This document shows, piece by piece, positions 24,046 through 36,700 of a stretch of 64,000 nt of DNA. How positions within the stretch are numbered: position 1 is the stretch's first letter; each line of letters begins with the position of its first letter. This DNA is from Vicugna vicugna (lineage: Eukaryota), in the NCBI GenBank assembly GCA_013265495.1, contig MU058540.1, positions 643,696-707,695 of the forward strand. Direction: 5' to 3'. Below the pieces are notes generated by a model. The model did not search any database. It worked only from the letters and a program-made list of their open reading frames with translations, and had not been told where the DNA came from. The position numbers and the translations under genes were made by a program.

Positions 24046-24219
24046 GCCTCAACACGGGGAGGGGTGCCTCGGAAATCCACAAGAGGAGGGCCTGAGGTCG
24101 CGGTAGCAGCTCCTGGACAGACGGCTAGCCTGTCAGCAGTCCTCGACTTTCTCCTTCTTGGCCTTTATCGCTGTCATAGCACAAGTGTCTTCCTGGCCAA
24201 GGACTCTTGGCAGGGGCCC
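24046..24219 (-). other. IP6K3: 5' UTR part of the first IP6K3 coding exon
   Basis: Strong acceptor ccttccgcttctgctttccag| ending at 24220 implies an upstream non-coding exon. Confidence 0.65.
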
Positions 24220-24699
24220 CTGGAAAGCAGAAGCGGAAGGGGAAAGGATGTGAGGGAGCTGGGGGCTAGGGGGTGGTGGGAGCTTTTGGAAGGACCCACA
24301 GTCCCCAGCCTGGACCCACAGGTAGTTAAACAAGACTGTAAATAGGCATCGATTACTTCTGGAATAATCTGTTACAAGCAACTGGTAACAGTTATTGCCT
24401 CTGGGGAACAGGGCTGAGAGGGAGACTTTTCACTAAATACTATTTTGTATCTTTTGAATTTAAATTTTAAAACATTAAAACAATACACAAAACTATAAGC
24501 CTTCAGAGTGTAGTGCGTATGTCTGAAGGTCTTGTGTCACACTGCCTGCCTGCCTTTGGGAACTGATCCCAGGCCCAACAAGAAGAGAGCAGAACCCCTG
24601 CTGTTGGGGTTCTCGCCTCTTTGCAGGGGGTGGAGGGGTACAGGAATGCTTGATTATTATCTAGCATATATACATCCTGCGCACCATCATGGCTCCACA

Positions 24700-24870
24700 A
24701 TTGCTGTGTGACTTGGGGAAGTTACTAAACCTCTCTGGGGCCCAGTTTCCCCATCTATAAACAGGATAATAATGATACCCACCTCACAGAGTTAGGGACA
24801 GAACTGAGATTAAAAGTCCATGAGAGGGTTAGCTCAGTGCCCAGAGATAAGCACTCAATAAATGTGATTT
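24700..24870 (+). mobile_element. MIR SINE
   Basis: gctgtgtgacttggggaagttactaaacctctctgggcccagtttccccatctataaa...gcactcaataaatg. Confidence 0.7.
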
Positions 24871-26319
24871 ACCATGATTATTTCTAGCATTATCGCAGTG
24901 GTGGTCATATTTCCCTAACAGTTGTGGGAAGACTGGATTTGTCACCACCGCTTGCAAATGAGAGAAACAGGGCCTGTGATGGTTTGATGGCTTGCTGGGG
25001 CCCACCACAGGGTTCCTTGCCTCTCGGCCTGGTCCCCCAACACCTGCGTGCCTGTCACCCTCTCTAAGGGCCAGCTTGTCAGACCTCAGGCAAACGCTGG
25101 AACTCTGGGCTGGAAACACAGCCCCTAAAGACATCCTGACTTTGTCTCAGGAGAGTGCCAAGGAGACACTGCAATGGGGGCCTTATTCTTCCTGTTTGAG
25201 AGGACATTCTCACAGCGGTGCCCGTCTCCACAGAGTTATTAATACTCTCTCCTCTGCTGGACTCCCGGCCGAGGATGCAACCAGGCTGGGCAGTGCTGGC
25301 CATGATTAACCCTCTATTGCCCTTCAGTCCAGACCATGGGCATGGCTGGCTGGCTCCACGCACAGTGGTACATATCAATTTGTTCAGGACCCCAATTCAG
25401 AGAAGCTCCTACCACCAACCTGGACCTCCAGTACCAAGTGGCATTGAAAGCCACAGTCTGGCCCATTCATTCCCCTCCACAGTACTCTCCTGAACTGGCT
25501 ATGTTTGGCAGGCCACAGAGCACCCCTTTAGGAAGAGGAAGAGGGTGTCTTCTGTCCAGTGTGCACATTTGCTTTGCCAGATGCCTGGCTGGAGTGTGTC
25601 TGGGGGAGGTTGGGGTTGCTGGGTGAGGCCTTGGGGTGGGAGGACTGAGGCCTGATGGCCGGGGGCTGTGCCTGAGACAACAGCCTAGGTCTCTCCCAGC
25701 CCTCCTCTGAGACTGCACAGAGGTGACCCCTAATTGGGACCCACCCCCAGGAGCTGAAGAAAGAAGGAGGAGGCATTTAGATGCCAAGGGAAATCGAGAA
25801 TTGGCCCAGGGATGAGTTGATATCTTCAGTCTGGTTATCAGATAAGATAGCACAGTTGCTTGGCCAACCCAATCCGACTCGTAGACTCAGCCAAGGCAAG
25901 AAAGATGAAGACAGAGAACGCTGCAGTAGCCCGCTACCTCCCCTCTCGCCAAACTCACTGTGTGTCGGCCTCTGCCAGCTGACCTGTCCCCAAGGAGAGG
26001 GAGGCAGAGGCACTTCTGGTAAGCAGAGGGACAGCCAGGTTGTAAAGTTCATTTATAGCCACTCCCGGAAGGAGCCTAGGCCCTGGCCCTCACACCAGCT
26101 CCCCAGGGCCTGGTGCCAACCAGGCCTGGCCTCACCTTTGCTAGCCCAGCTCTGCTGACAAGTCCAGGCGGGGTCCCAGGCAGGCCCTCATGCTGCCTTG
26201 CTGGGCAGTCCACCACCCTTCTTTCCCTACCCCACCTTCTCCCCAAGGAGCTCTAAGGACATGGATGTCACCTCACAGTGGTGGCATGGGGAGGAAATAG
26301 CAATAAATGGTGACAAACA

Positions 26320-26530
26320 CACTGTGTTGCTGTGTGCCAGGCAATGTACTCTACCTGTTGAAGCCTCACAACTGCCCTGTGGTGTAATTAGTATTATCAA
26401 CTCCATTTTACAGTTGAAGAAAATGAGGCACAGAGAGGTTAAGTAACTTGCCTGTGTGCACCCAGCTACTATGGGGAAAGCAGAGATTTGGATCCAGGCA
26501 CACTAGCCCAGAGCACGCTTACCCACCATG
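26320..26530 (-). mobile_element. MIR SINE
   Basis: ccattttacagttgaagaaaatgaggcacagagaggttaagtaacttgcc. Confidence 0.7.
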
Positions 26531-29500
26531 CTGCGGAGAGGCTGAGGGCTGCTGTTTGTCTAATTCAAGAGTCAGGAAATTGAGCCCCAAGGAGGCTGCG
26601 ATTTGGCCAAAGTCACCAGCAAGTTACTGGCTATGGCTGTGCTGGGACAGGGACCCAGGTTTTCTCGTCCCCCAGGCCTGATATCTCCTACCCTGTGCCC
26701 CCTGGTCTGCCCTCTCCTCACTGATGACAGTAAGTTGTGTCCTAGTGGTAGCTGGGGTCCAGATCTCTGCAGAAACCATCATGCGGGGTCAGGCGAGGTT
26801 CCCCGCTGCCCCTGGACCTTCTTAGCACTTACTGGCTGAAGTGTCAGCCAGGCCTGAGAGGCTCTGTCATCCATAGCGCTTCTTTCTCCCATCCCTGCCA
26901 CCCTCAGGGTCAGATGTTCTCAGGAGCCCAGGCCAAACCTTCTTGGGGAGCATGCACGAGGCACAAAGACCTGGGCCTCTGAGATGGCCCATGCAAAGCA
27001 ATGCAAACTCTCCCGCCCCCAGACTTGGCGTGGGTTAGCAGTGGTGGGGTGTCTGCTGGGTAACCAGTCTGTACTTTTAAAAAATCTGGACTTGAAACTG
27101 GAGAAACTGAGGCCCTTTCAGTCAAAAGTCATCTTAGGGTGTAGATTAGGGGATGTCTGAGGGTCCTCCGGCTCTCGAGCCATGTGGTCTGAGGTTCTGA
27201 CACGGGTGGGAGGGAAGGGGCGGAGGGAGGATGCATGAGCAGTGGCCTCAGCATGGGGGGCGCCTGCCCAAGCAAGTGGGCTTTGCTGCTGCGCGGGGAG
27301 GCCTCTGTGGCTTCCCCTTGGCACTGGTGCTGACCTCGGTCTCCCAAGGAAGTGTGGGTTTTCTGTCTGGTGCTGTGGGACTGAGCTAGAGAGGCCCTCC
27401 ACTCTGTGACCGGCCTGGGCCTTGGCTTTTGATCAATGCCTCTGGGCCCTGTTCTTGTTCCCAAGAGCACTGGGCCAGGGCTCAGGCACCCAGGTCTGTT
27501 CCTGGCGTTCCCACCAGCTTGCTGAGGCCCTGGGGATGACTAGGTTCTGAGTGACTGAGTCTTGGCTTACCACCCACTGCCACAGCCTTGTCAGGATGCT
27601 CAGATGACAAAATGCACAGCCCTCCTTTGTGGAGTCCTCTCCTAAGTGTCTTTACTGCTCGAGATTTGTCACTGCGTGGGTTATTCTCAGGACTGACTCC
27701 TGTGACTCAGCTTGGGTGCTGGGAAGGCAGGTGAGTTGTTCGCCTGAGACAGGACCTCACGCCCCACCCTCCTTGACACATTGAAGGGCTCTCTTTAATG
27801 CTTTGGAGGGAGACAAATGTCCCTCTCTCCACATCATCTCCAGCCCACGCCTCTTCCCACAGACCCACAGGCCAGACCTCTTGCCCAGCATCCTTCCCTA
27901 GTGCTCCTTGGGGAGGGAGAAGAGAGAATAAAGATGAAGGACGGAGGGAGGGAAGGAGGAGGTGGAGATGCTCCTGACCAGAACTCAGCTTAGAGCCCTG
28001 CCCTCCCAGGAACGGTGGACAAATGGCCCCAGATCCCTGTGTCCTCCTGCCCTGTCATTGGGTCATGTCCTGAATGAAATGACTCTGGGCTTCACTCCAG
28101 GAGACTCAAGGGCTAATTTCTCTGATGGGGCCGGCCATCGAGCTGGTTGTTAAATGAGGCCCTGGATTGTCTGTGTCAGTGCAGCCCTGCGGGGCCTGAG
28201 TGATAGCCAGCCTGCCACTGGGTTGCAAGACACTCCCTGGTCTGAAAGGAGGGTCACGGACAGCAGGGCCCACAGTTGTATCTGGCTTCCAGAGTGGGGA
28301 CAGATGACAATTCCAGTGATGCCAGGCAGAATGACAGATGCCACCCATCAAGCTGAGGCACATTTTATTTCCTCTTCCTGAGAGCCTCTGTGGGTATAAC
28401 CTCTACCCACATGCTAAATCTAAGTTCATTAAAAATTACAGAAGATATACCTCTTTTAGAACTCGCCTCTCCCATTTTAGGGAAGATGGCAGGTGAAAAC
28501 ACATCAAACTGGTAAGAGTTCAACTTGGAATAAATGAGTCATGAGCTCTGTCTTATCAGAGGCTGTCAGTTCCTTACAGCTGGAAACTCGCTGGCTGACT
28601 GTGGTCATTGTCAGGACTGTTCACAAACATTCTCGTTTTCCCTGTGGGAACTTGGAATGATTGCACTTCCCGTGCGCTTTGAAGGTAAACGTGGCCCGTC
28701 ATTGCCACATGGATTGGAGTGATGTATGTCAATTCCGGTGTGAGCTTTTAGAGTAAGCTGTTCCCTACATTCTCCTTCCCTGGCCAGGGTGATTTTGGAA
28801 GCACAGTCACTGAATAACTACATGTAGGATATGTAGCATGATCGAGAAAGAAATCTGGGCTTTATTAGGCCACCGAGATTTGGGGTGGTTTGTTACGGAG
28901 CACAACCTAGTCCGTTCTGATTGATTTACCAACTCACAGCCAAATACTCAGTATGGAGCCCTGAAGTTGAAAGCAACCTCAGGCACCCAAATATTTCATT
29001 GCATAAATATTTCCTCTATGATAATAGCCAGTCCTATTGAACATCTTCTGTGGACCACTGGCTTTATAATCCCCATTTCTGTTTTTCAAGAGAATAATTT
29101 TTGGTTGGAGAAAAGTTGCAGAGCCTGCCCGGGATCCAGTGCTAGTGAGCACTAGCCTACATCAGAAGCGGGAGACTTCTGGGAGCTTCCACTTGGCTGG
29201 GCAGCGAGAGCGCTACCCTTGGGTTTCTGCGGGGTGCTGGGCAGTGTGGATTCACTGTGCTGTGGGTGGAGGGCTCCCACCCACGGGCCCTTCCAGACCT
29301 GACCCAAAGCCACATCACCACAAGCATTATTTGCAGACTAGGAAAGCAATACCCTTAAGCTTGATAATTTCTCAAATGTATGTAAACACTTTGGTGATTG
29401 CCAAAATACAAATTCATTTAAAGGCATTATTGAGTTCCGAGCAGTTTTTATCATCATCTTTTTTCTCAATCAACAGATACTAAAAGCATAATGAATATCG

Positions 29501-32148
29501 CAGGGGGACTTGTAGAGAACAAATTATGTTGAAAAATGAGTCCTAGTTGAAAAGGTTAGGAGAGATACTGCTGTCAGCTGAGATGCAGGTGGTGGTGAAG
29601 AGTCCAGGGAGGGGTCTGAGATGGGGAGAGATGGAGGGTCAGCCTGAGGGAGCTGGAGGAAGGCCTGTTTTGGGGCCTGTGTGCAGAGAGCAATAGGGAA
29701 AGGCAGACAGGTGGGGAAATGGGACTAGAGGGAGGGCTGTGTGGGGAGGTTGGAGGCTGACGTTACTGTGGGCCTGGGTGTGGTGTGGGTGGAGACCCAG
29801 CCTGGCCACACGGTCTAGAGATGCCTGTCTAGCCACCCCCTGCTCAGTCTAGGTTGCCTGAAATCACTGAGATGTGGAAGCCTTCAGGACCACTTCCCAA
29901 TAAATCTGACAGGGAGGGATGTGTTCTGGGGAGGAGATAATTAAGAAACAGCTTGTAGCAAAAGAAGACTGCAGTGTAAAATGTGTCGGGCTGCAGATTC
30001 AGAAGCAGCATGGTTTATGGCCTGCCCTCTCGCCTCTGAAGCTCTAATGTACATTTCCCAGGCCGCTCTGAGCCAGAGGTTTGGTACAAGTACCATTCAA
30101 TGTCTCTGTGATGCCCAAGGGAGCATTTTTTTAATCTATTAGGGATGAGAGAACCCGAAAACCATTTAAAACCGCTTAGGTTGTAATGGGCAGGAGAATG
30201 TTGGAGTCTATCACGTGGCAGGGGGTTGTGCATTATCTGGGGCCATCCGGGCTCGGAAGGCACAAGATTATTTTCTGGGGGAAAAAAATCAAGTTTTAAA
30301 ATCCATTCTATAAATGACTCAAGGGGATGGTGAGCCTTCCATCTACACAGTCCCCAGCCCAGTGGGATCAATACCAAATGCTGGGGGACATCACACATCA
30401 CCTTCCCAGCTGTGGCTGAAATATGTGGCTTTGGAGAGCATCCATTTCCCAGGGAAGGCTTCATTTCCAGAATCGCAGAGCAATACTTCATATTCCTGAC
30501 TTATTTCTGAGCTGATTTTATCCTTTGAGGGAAGATTCCCCCCTCTTCCTTTTCTCTTAACATTTAAAATCTCCCAACGTTCCTCCAGCTTGAGGACCAA
30601 ATGCGATTTTAATACGGTGATTATTAGTTTAGAAGCCCTTCAGCCCCTGACAAATGTCCTTAGCAGCACCAGCAATGTTCCGAGCTTGCTGTCAGTGAGG
30701 GAGACGCATGGGGCAAAGATGACTCAAGGAGCCGAGCGTCGCTGGAAGGGATGCTCTGGGGGAGGCAGAGGCTGGGAGGGCTTCTCCCTCTCAACCCCTA
30801 ACACATCCTGATCCATGATGGCACCTCAGGACCTCCGCCTTCCCCCCTCCCCCTGGGCATGGCTGGTAACCACTCCAACAGCCCCTCCCAGGCACGCTTT
30901 GCTCCTTGAGACCTCTTCCCCTTGAAGCTGTGCCCAGGATCTTGAGTGTTGCTAGCTATCCAGACCTGCCCACTTCCCACGTTTCTCTAAGTGATATGAC
31001 CAGCCTCCTGCCTTATGAGCCAGAGATAGATGGTCTTGCCAATGGTTAGTATGGTATCTTTATGACTCTAAAAAGAAACAGCTTTTTCAGGTCAAAACAC
31101 AATAGTGGGCTGGAGCAAGAGAATATGTGAGTGTAGTCACCATCCTTCAGGCCACAGAACTGAATTGGCCAAGTCTGGAGGGCCAGTCTTTCCCCAGCAG
31201 AGGGCAGCAGCAGATGGGCCAGAACAGCCCAGAGAGGAGGCACTCTGGCCAGCCAGCACCTTGGCCCAGCGACCAGGGAACGTATTCCCAAACCACCCCG
31301 GGTTTGCCAGGCCTGTCCTCAGAGAACCCAGACGGCGGCTGAAGGGCTCCTGCCTTTCCCAGACAGCTGTTTTTAAAGAGCTCAGAAGTTGTCATCAAGG
31401 TGGTTGTCTCCCTCACATTCCCTTCTCCTCTTGCCACCTACCTTTTTCTAAAGGTTGTCTGTAGCGGGGAGGGGAGCTCCCTGCCACTGGTGAGGCACAT
31501 TCTGAGGAGTGGGGTGCCTGGCTTGAGCCACAGGGGAGGGATCCCAAAACCTGGGACAGGGGCTTGCCCAGGAGGTGGGGGCCAGGGCCCTTACAAGTAC
31601 CTCTGAGCAGAGCGGAAGTGGTCTTCAGTGTCTACAGTCCACTGGCCCTTCCCCCGGGGTGGGCAGACCCCACGCCCACTTCAGCTGCCAGCTGGGCTAG
31701 CTTGCCCAGGCCAGCTCCCTGAACAAGCCAAGGCTTGATGCTCATAAAGTTGATTGCTGTTCCCTGGTGGCTGCTGATAAACAAGATAGCAACCATATGG
31801 GAAGGATTTATTCAGGTGTCCTGCTCAGAGCAGGAGAAAGCAGGGGCATGTGCTGGCCACAAGTGAACTCGGTGTGGTCTGCTGCCCCCAGGATGCCCTG
31901 GGAGAGAGCACTGGGAGGGCTCCAGGGGCCACAGGCCCTTTGCAGAAAAGGAATTTCTCAGATCCCTGATAAGGAGCTGGAGCTGTAGGAGCATGATGGG
32001 GTGAGGGTACAGGGAATCGGCACAGGGGGCCGGGAGACCTGGTTCTGCTTAAACTCCCTGTCCCTTCCTCTCCAGGCCTCAGTTTCCCTCTCAGTACTGA
32101 GAGCTGCTGCCCCAGCCATGTTCTTACTCTCCTGGGACACAGCTGGCC

Positions 32149-32303
32149 TTTTTTTTTTTTTAATTGAAGTATGGTCAGTTGCAATGTGTCAATTTCTGGT
32201 GTACAGCATAATGTCCCAGTCATGCATATACATACATATATTTTCATATTCTTTCTCATTAAAGGTTATTACAATATACAAGATATTGTATGCAGTTCCT
32301 TGT
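32149..32303 (-). mobile_element. 5'-truncated, relatively young L1 3' end with poly(A) and TSD
   Basis: T-run followed by aattgaagtatggtcagttgcaatgtgtcaatttctggtgtacagcata (artiodactyl L1 3' terminus, antisense); TSD ctggccttt at 32143-32151 and 32304-32312. Confidence 0.75.
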
Positions 32304-33585
32304 CTGGCCTTTAAATTCAACAATTCATTGTGGTTGGGGGGAAAACTGGGAGGGGAGGGGAGGGGTTGGCAGAGACGCTTCTGGATTGAAAGACTCAGAA
32401 AACATACTGATCTGATCCCCCTTGATTGGATCCTGGTTTAAACAAAACAATAAAAACCATTTAGGGGCAATGGGGGAAATTTGAATATGGACTGGATGCA
32501 GACGTTCTTGGGGAGTTAATTTTGTTAGTGGGATAAGGCATGGGGGTTATGTAAGGACCTGTACTGAAGTACTTTGAGGGGAAAGCTGTGAGGTCCATAA
32601 ATCACTTCAAAATACTTTAGCCTTAGAGAATTCAATGAAGCAAATATGGCAAAACTCAAAACAACTGTGTAAATCCAGACACGGGATATGCAAATGTTCA
32701 TTGTGTCATTCCCTCTATGTTTTTTCCCATAGGCTTAAAGTTTTTCATAGTCAAAAAGATTAAAAAAATAAACCACATTGCTTTTAAAAACTGACAGCCC
32801 AGGTCTTGCCCCATGGGATCGGAATCTCTGGGGAGGGGCCAGCCATGGATGGTTTTAAGGCCCCCAGAGGGCCCGAGCACCATGGCAGTCTCAAGTTCAG
32901 GTCTCAGGTTCACTGGGGGGCCCCCAAAGACTACTGCCCAGGGCAGTGGGGGCCCCTGGTGGTGACATGCCTCCGACAGCCATAGTCCACCACAACCCCC
33001 CTCCATGGGAGCGCCTGCACCCAGGCCCCAGCAGCTGCCTGTGGGTACTGATGTCATCCAGCCCCGTGGCCCCACCCGGGGGAAGTGGGGCTGCTGGGAT
33101 AGGACATGCTGTTCCTAGGGCCCAGGGGGTGCTGCCTACTTCTCCTGGGACAGCTGCCTCTGTGAAGGGTTAAACCCAGTGTGGAGTGCGAACCGTTGGC
33201 AAAAACCCCCTGCACCTGCCCCTACAGCTTCCTCTGCAGTCCAGGCTCACCCCAGCCCTCCTGCCTTCATGCAGGAGCCAGAGTCAGAGACTCCTGAATA
33301 CCCTAGGAAGGGGAGGGCTGACTCTAGGGGAAGGGGGAGAGAGATGGGAGAGGAGCGAATGACAATTTCAATGTTGCTGAACTAGGCCAACACCCCCACC
33401 TCCAAACACACAGACACACTGGCACCTCCACAGAGCGGACCCCTAGTCAGGGGGTTCTGGATGGAGATGAAGCCCATTCACTTGGTCCCCCGTGGTATGA
33501 ACAGACCCTGTCGCCATGAGACTCCCCTGGTTCAGGTCTCATCAGGATCCTCCCTGCCCGTCCCTATCCCCTAAGGCAGACTCAC

Positions 33586-33700
33586 CAAAGCCTCACTCCT
33601 GGTGGGATCGTGGGAATGTGTGGAAAAGAGGGTCCAGTGGAAACTAATCTTCTCTTTCAATGCTTGCTGTCTGTGGTGTTGGGTAAAGACCTTTCCCAAG
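33586..33700 (-). other. Candidate non-coding first exon of IP6K3
   Basis: Donor TTG|GTGAGT at 33585, about 9.4 kb upstream of the first coding exon, in unique sequence. Other good donors exist near 36380 and 36584, so this assignment is tentative. Confidence 0.3.
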
Positions 33701-36700
33701 GTCCCAGCATGGAGAAGTCACCATCCACTATAGCACTTGTGGGGAAGTCTGTCCAGACTCAGGTCTACCCAGAGGGCTGGGCTACAGAGGTCTGGGGAGG
33801 GGAGGTCACCTGACCCTTAGGAAGGGCTAGCAGGGGCTGGTTGGCCTGTCCAACTGTCAGCTGGTATTGGGCTGCCCCAGGGGAGGGCCTGGGAGGGAGT
33901 CCGGAGGAAGAGGAGGAGAGTTCTGCTCACTGACTGGATAGATGCCAGGCCCTGAGCATCAAGGGCCAATTGCCCCAGGTCCCTGGTTAATTTCTGAGTC
34001 CCTGTTCACGGGATAAGGCTGGGATTAGGGTCATGTTCTCCCAGCCCCCAACTCACTCCCTGCAATCTCACTGCTGGTTTGTCCCAAGCACTGGCTGCCA
34101 GAGAGTCTTGCAGCAAGACATTCAATCAAGTCAATCAGCTTGAGGACAATCAAGTATTTTTTGACGCCCTTGTAAGGAGGCCCTGGAATCTGCCAGACCA
34201 GTGCCTGTTGTCGGGGAATTATGGTCAGGGTGTTCAGCCAGTCAAAGGGCAGTTTCAGTGTGTTTGATGAGAGGACATGGAGCTTAGAGGGGCCCCTCAC
34301 CCAGCCTGGGGGAAGTGACCTATGGAGACAGAAGGGAGAAGGAGGGTCATCCAGGTTGGGTTGCAGGGAGGGAGGTGAGAAGAGTGCCCTGGCTAAGGGA
34401 AGAGCATGTGCAAAGACCCAGAGACAGCAGGGGTGGGGGGTGGGGTTGGGGTGGAGAGGTGGTGGCTTTCCAGGTGGCTGGGGTAGGCAGGGAGTGGGGA
34501 GTGATGACAGATGAAGCTGAGGGGTGGGATGTGGGCCTCACGGGCCCCTATCCTCAGCTTCTAGGGAGGAACTAAAGGGCTTTACGCCAGGGAGGGCCAG
34601 GCTCCGGTGTGTGTTTTGAGCACTTGCTCTGCTTTGAGGAGAGTGGGACAGGGAAGGAGCGGGTCACCGGTGGGTAGGCAGGTTATAAGGCCCCAGGTGC
34701 TGTCCTCCAGGTGAGTCCTGGCCTGGTGAGGAGAGTGGGCAGTTTCCTGAGATGCTGAGGAGGCAGGCTTGTCAAGGTCTGGTGACGAGTGAGAGACAGG
34801 GTGGGGGCAAAGAACAGAGGCTTCTCAAGGGACAGTGTTCAGGTCTAAGTGATCCTGGACTAAGTATTAGGAAGGTCTGAAGTCTGTCCTTCAGGTATTT
34901 CCAGCTGTCCTGCACTTGTGGCTGCAATTCTTTTGGGCTCTGGGTGGCCCACTTGCCCTGGGCCCCAGCCTGTCCCTTCTGGGGCTTCTTGGTATGTGGG
35001 TGCTCGGTCCCCAGAGGCTCAGCACCAGCCTTGGGGCCAGAGGGTCTGCCCTGACCCCTCTGCCAGCTTCCCTGGGGCAGGTCCTGCCCCTCTCTGACTA
35101 GGCTACAACCCCCATGTCCTTGCTTTCCCAGGGTCCCCTCCCCCACCTCCTGGTCTAACAGGGACCCCCAGACCTGTTGCTGCAGCACCAAGGCACAATG
35201 GCTTTCCCATTTCCCTTTTGGCATTTCCACACATGTCCATGGAGCACTCATTCCGGAAGTCACTCCCTCACTGCTCATCCATGGAGCAGGTGAGCCTGGG
35301 TGTTGACAGAGGTGACTTGGGAGATGAGGCAGGACTAGAACCCAGGTCTCCTGGCCCTCAGCCCAGAGGTCCCCTTGGTTACTGTTCACTCAGTGTCCTC
35401 CACACCCACTCTGGGGCCTGGCACAGCAGGCGGGGCTTAACAGATGTGTTAGTAGCAAAAGAAGGTGTCCTGGGGGCTGCCCACCCACCAGCCCAGCTGC
35501 TGTTCCAAGGCCGACCTCTTTTCCCATTCCCACCGTAGTCCTCCCCACCAGACAGGGCAGAGCCCTGCAGGCATGACAGGGATTCCCAGGGTGCCCTGAG
35601 GCCTGGCTTAAAGTGGAGTGAGGATCCCAAGCACCCCCACCCCTTGCTCCCCAGCCCAGGTCAGTGGATCCCATTTCACCAGGGAAAGCAGATGGTCGGG
35701 CTGCTTGTGAGCCTCCTGCATGCTTGGTCCCTCACCGCCCAGCTATGTGCTGAGCTCTGGTTACCTGGCCCTGGCAAAGATGCTGTGACCGCCCTTCCCG
35801 CAGCCCTCCCCCACTTCCCCTTTCCCTCCTGGCTGGACTCAGATCTGTGTTCTGGGAAACTTAAGAGCCACCACAGGCTGAGCTGGAGGCCCCTGGGGGT
35901 GCAGAGGGGAAGGGACCTCCCACCCGAGCCGGGTGGTCCATAAGTGGCAGATCCTGCTGAACACAGGGCCTCAGGGGGGTCAGCTCACAATCCAATGGCT
36001 GGTTTGTTTTTGTCTTGTTGTAAAGAGCAAGATTCCATACTGACTTCTTATTTCCCCGTTTAGTTAACAACATTTCTGAGCCTGTAGTATGTGATCCGAG
36101 ACACAGAGCAGTAAACAAAAGCACTGACGGTCTGGTGCTTTCTGTTACGCAATTGGATACGCTGCTCTATTTCTGTTTTCCAACTGCGGCCAAGTTCTCT
36201 CCATGGTCATTTTCCTGAAGCTCAGCTTCGCCTGCAAGATGCCTGCAGTGACACCTCTTTCTGGAGCCATGTCTGGGATCTGCCTCTGCCCCACAACACC
36301 TCCCCACCCGCCCTCTGGGCCTGGCTCTTATCTCGCCTCCAGGAGTTCTTCCTTCATGGTTGGCAGTCGGTCTCACTCACCTGCCTCCCCAGTTCTCCCT
36401 GAGTCGTCCAGAGCCTCCCTGGGCCCTCTAGGACTTGGCCACCTCCCCCATCAGCTGCCACCCCCTCCTTAGAAAGCCCAGGATGGAGCACATGCTAAGA
36501 GGTCCCCTGCAGTGCCTCAGTCAGAGGAGGGCTCAAGGTTGAGCGGCTGGCTCCTCCCCCGAACCGCACCTGTGCCAGACTCACCTGATCCCCGAGCCTC
36601 ACCTCAGAAATTCTAGGCTGGATCCCACCCAAGGCTCTGCACCAGAGCCTGCTGGGGCTTCCAAAAGGCTGATGAGCTATGACCCTTGGTGGAGGAAGGG

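Noticed and set aside
23677..24345. 222-aa plus-strand ORF
   Set aside because: It is antisense to the first IP6K3 coding exon and is most simply a shadow ORF.
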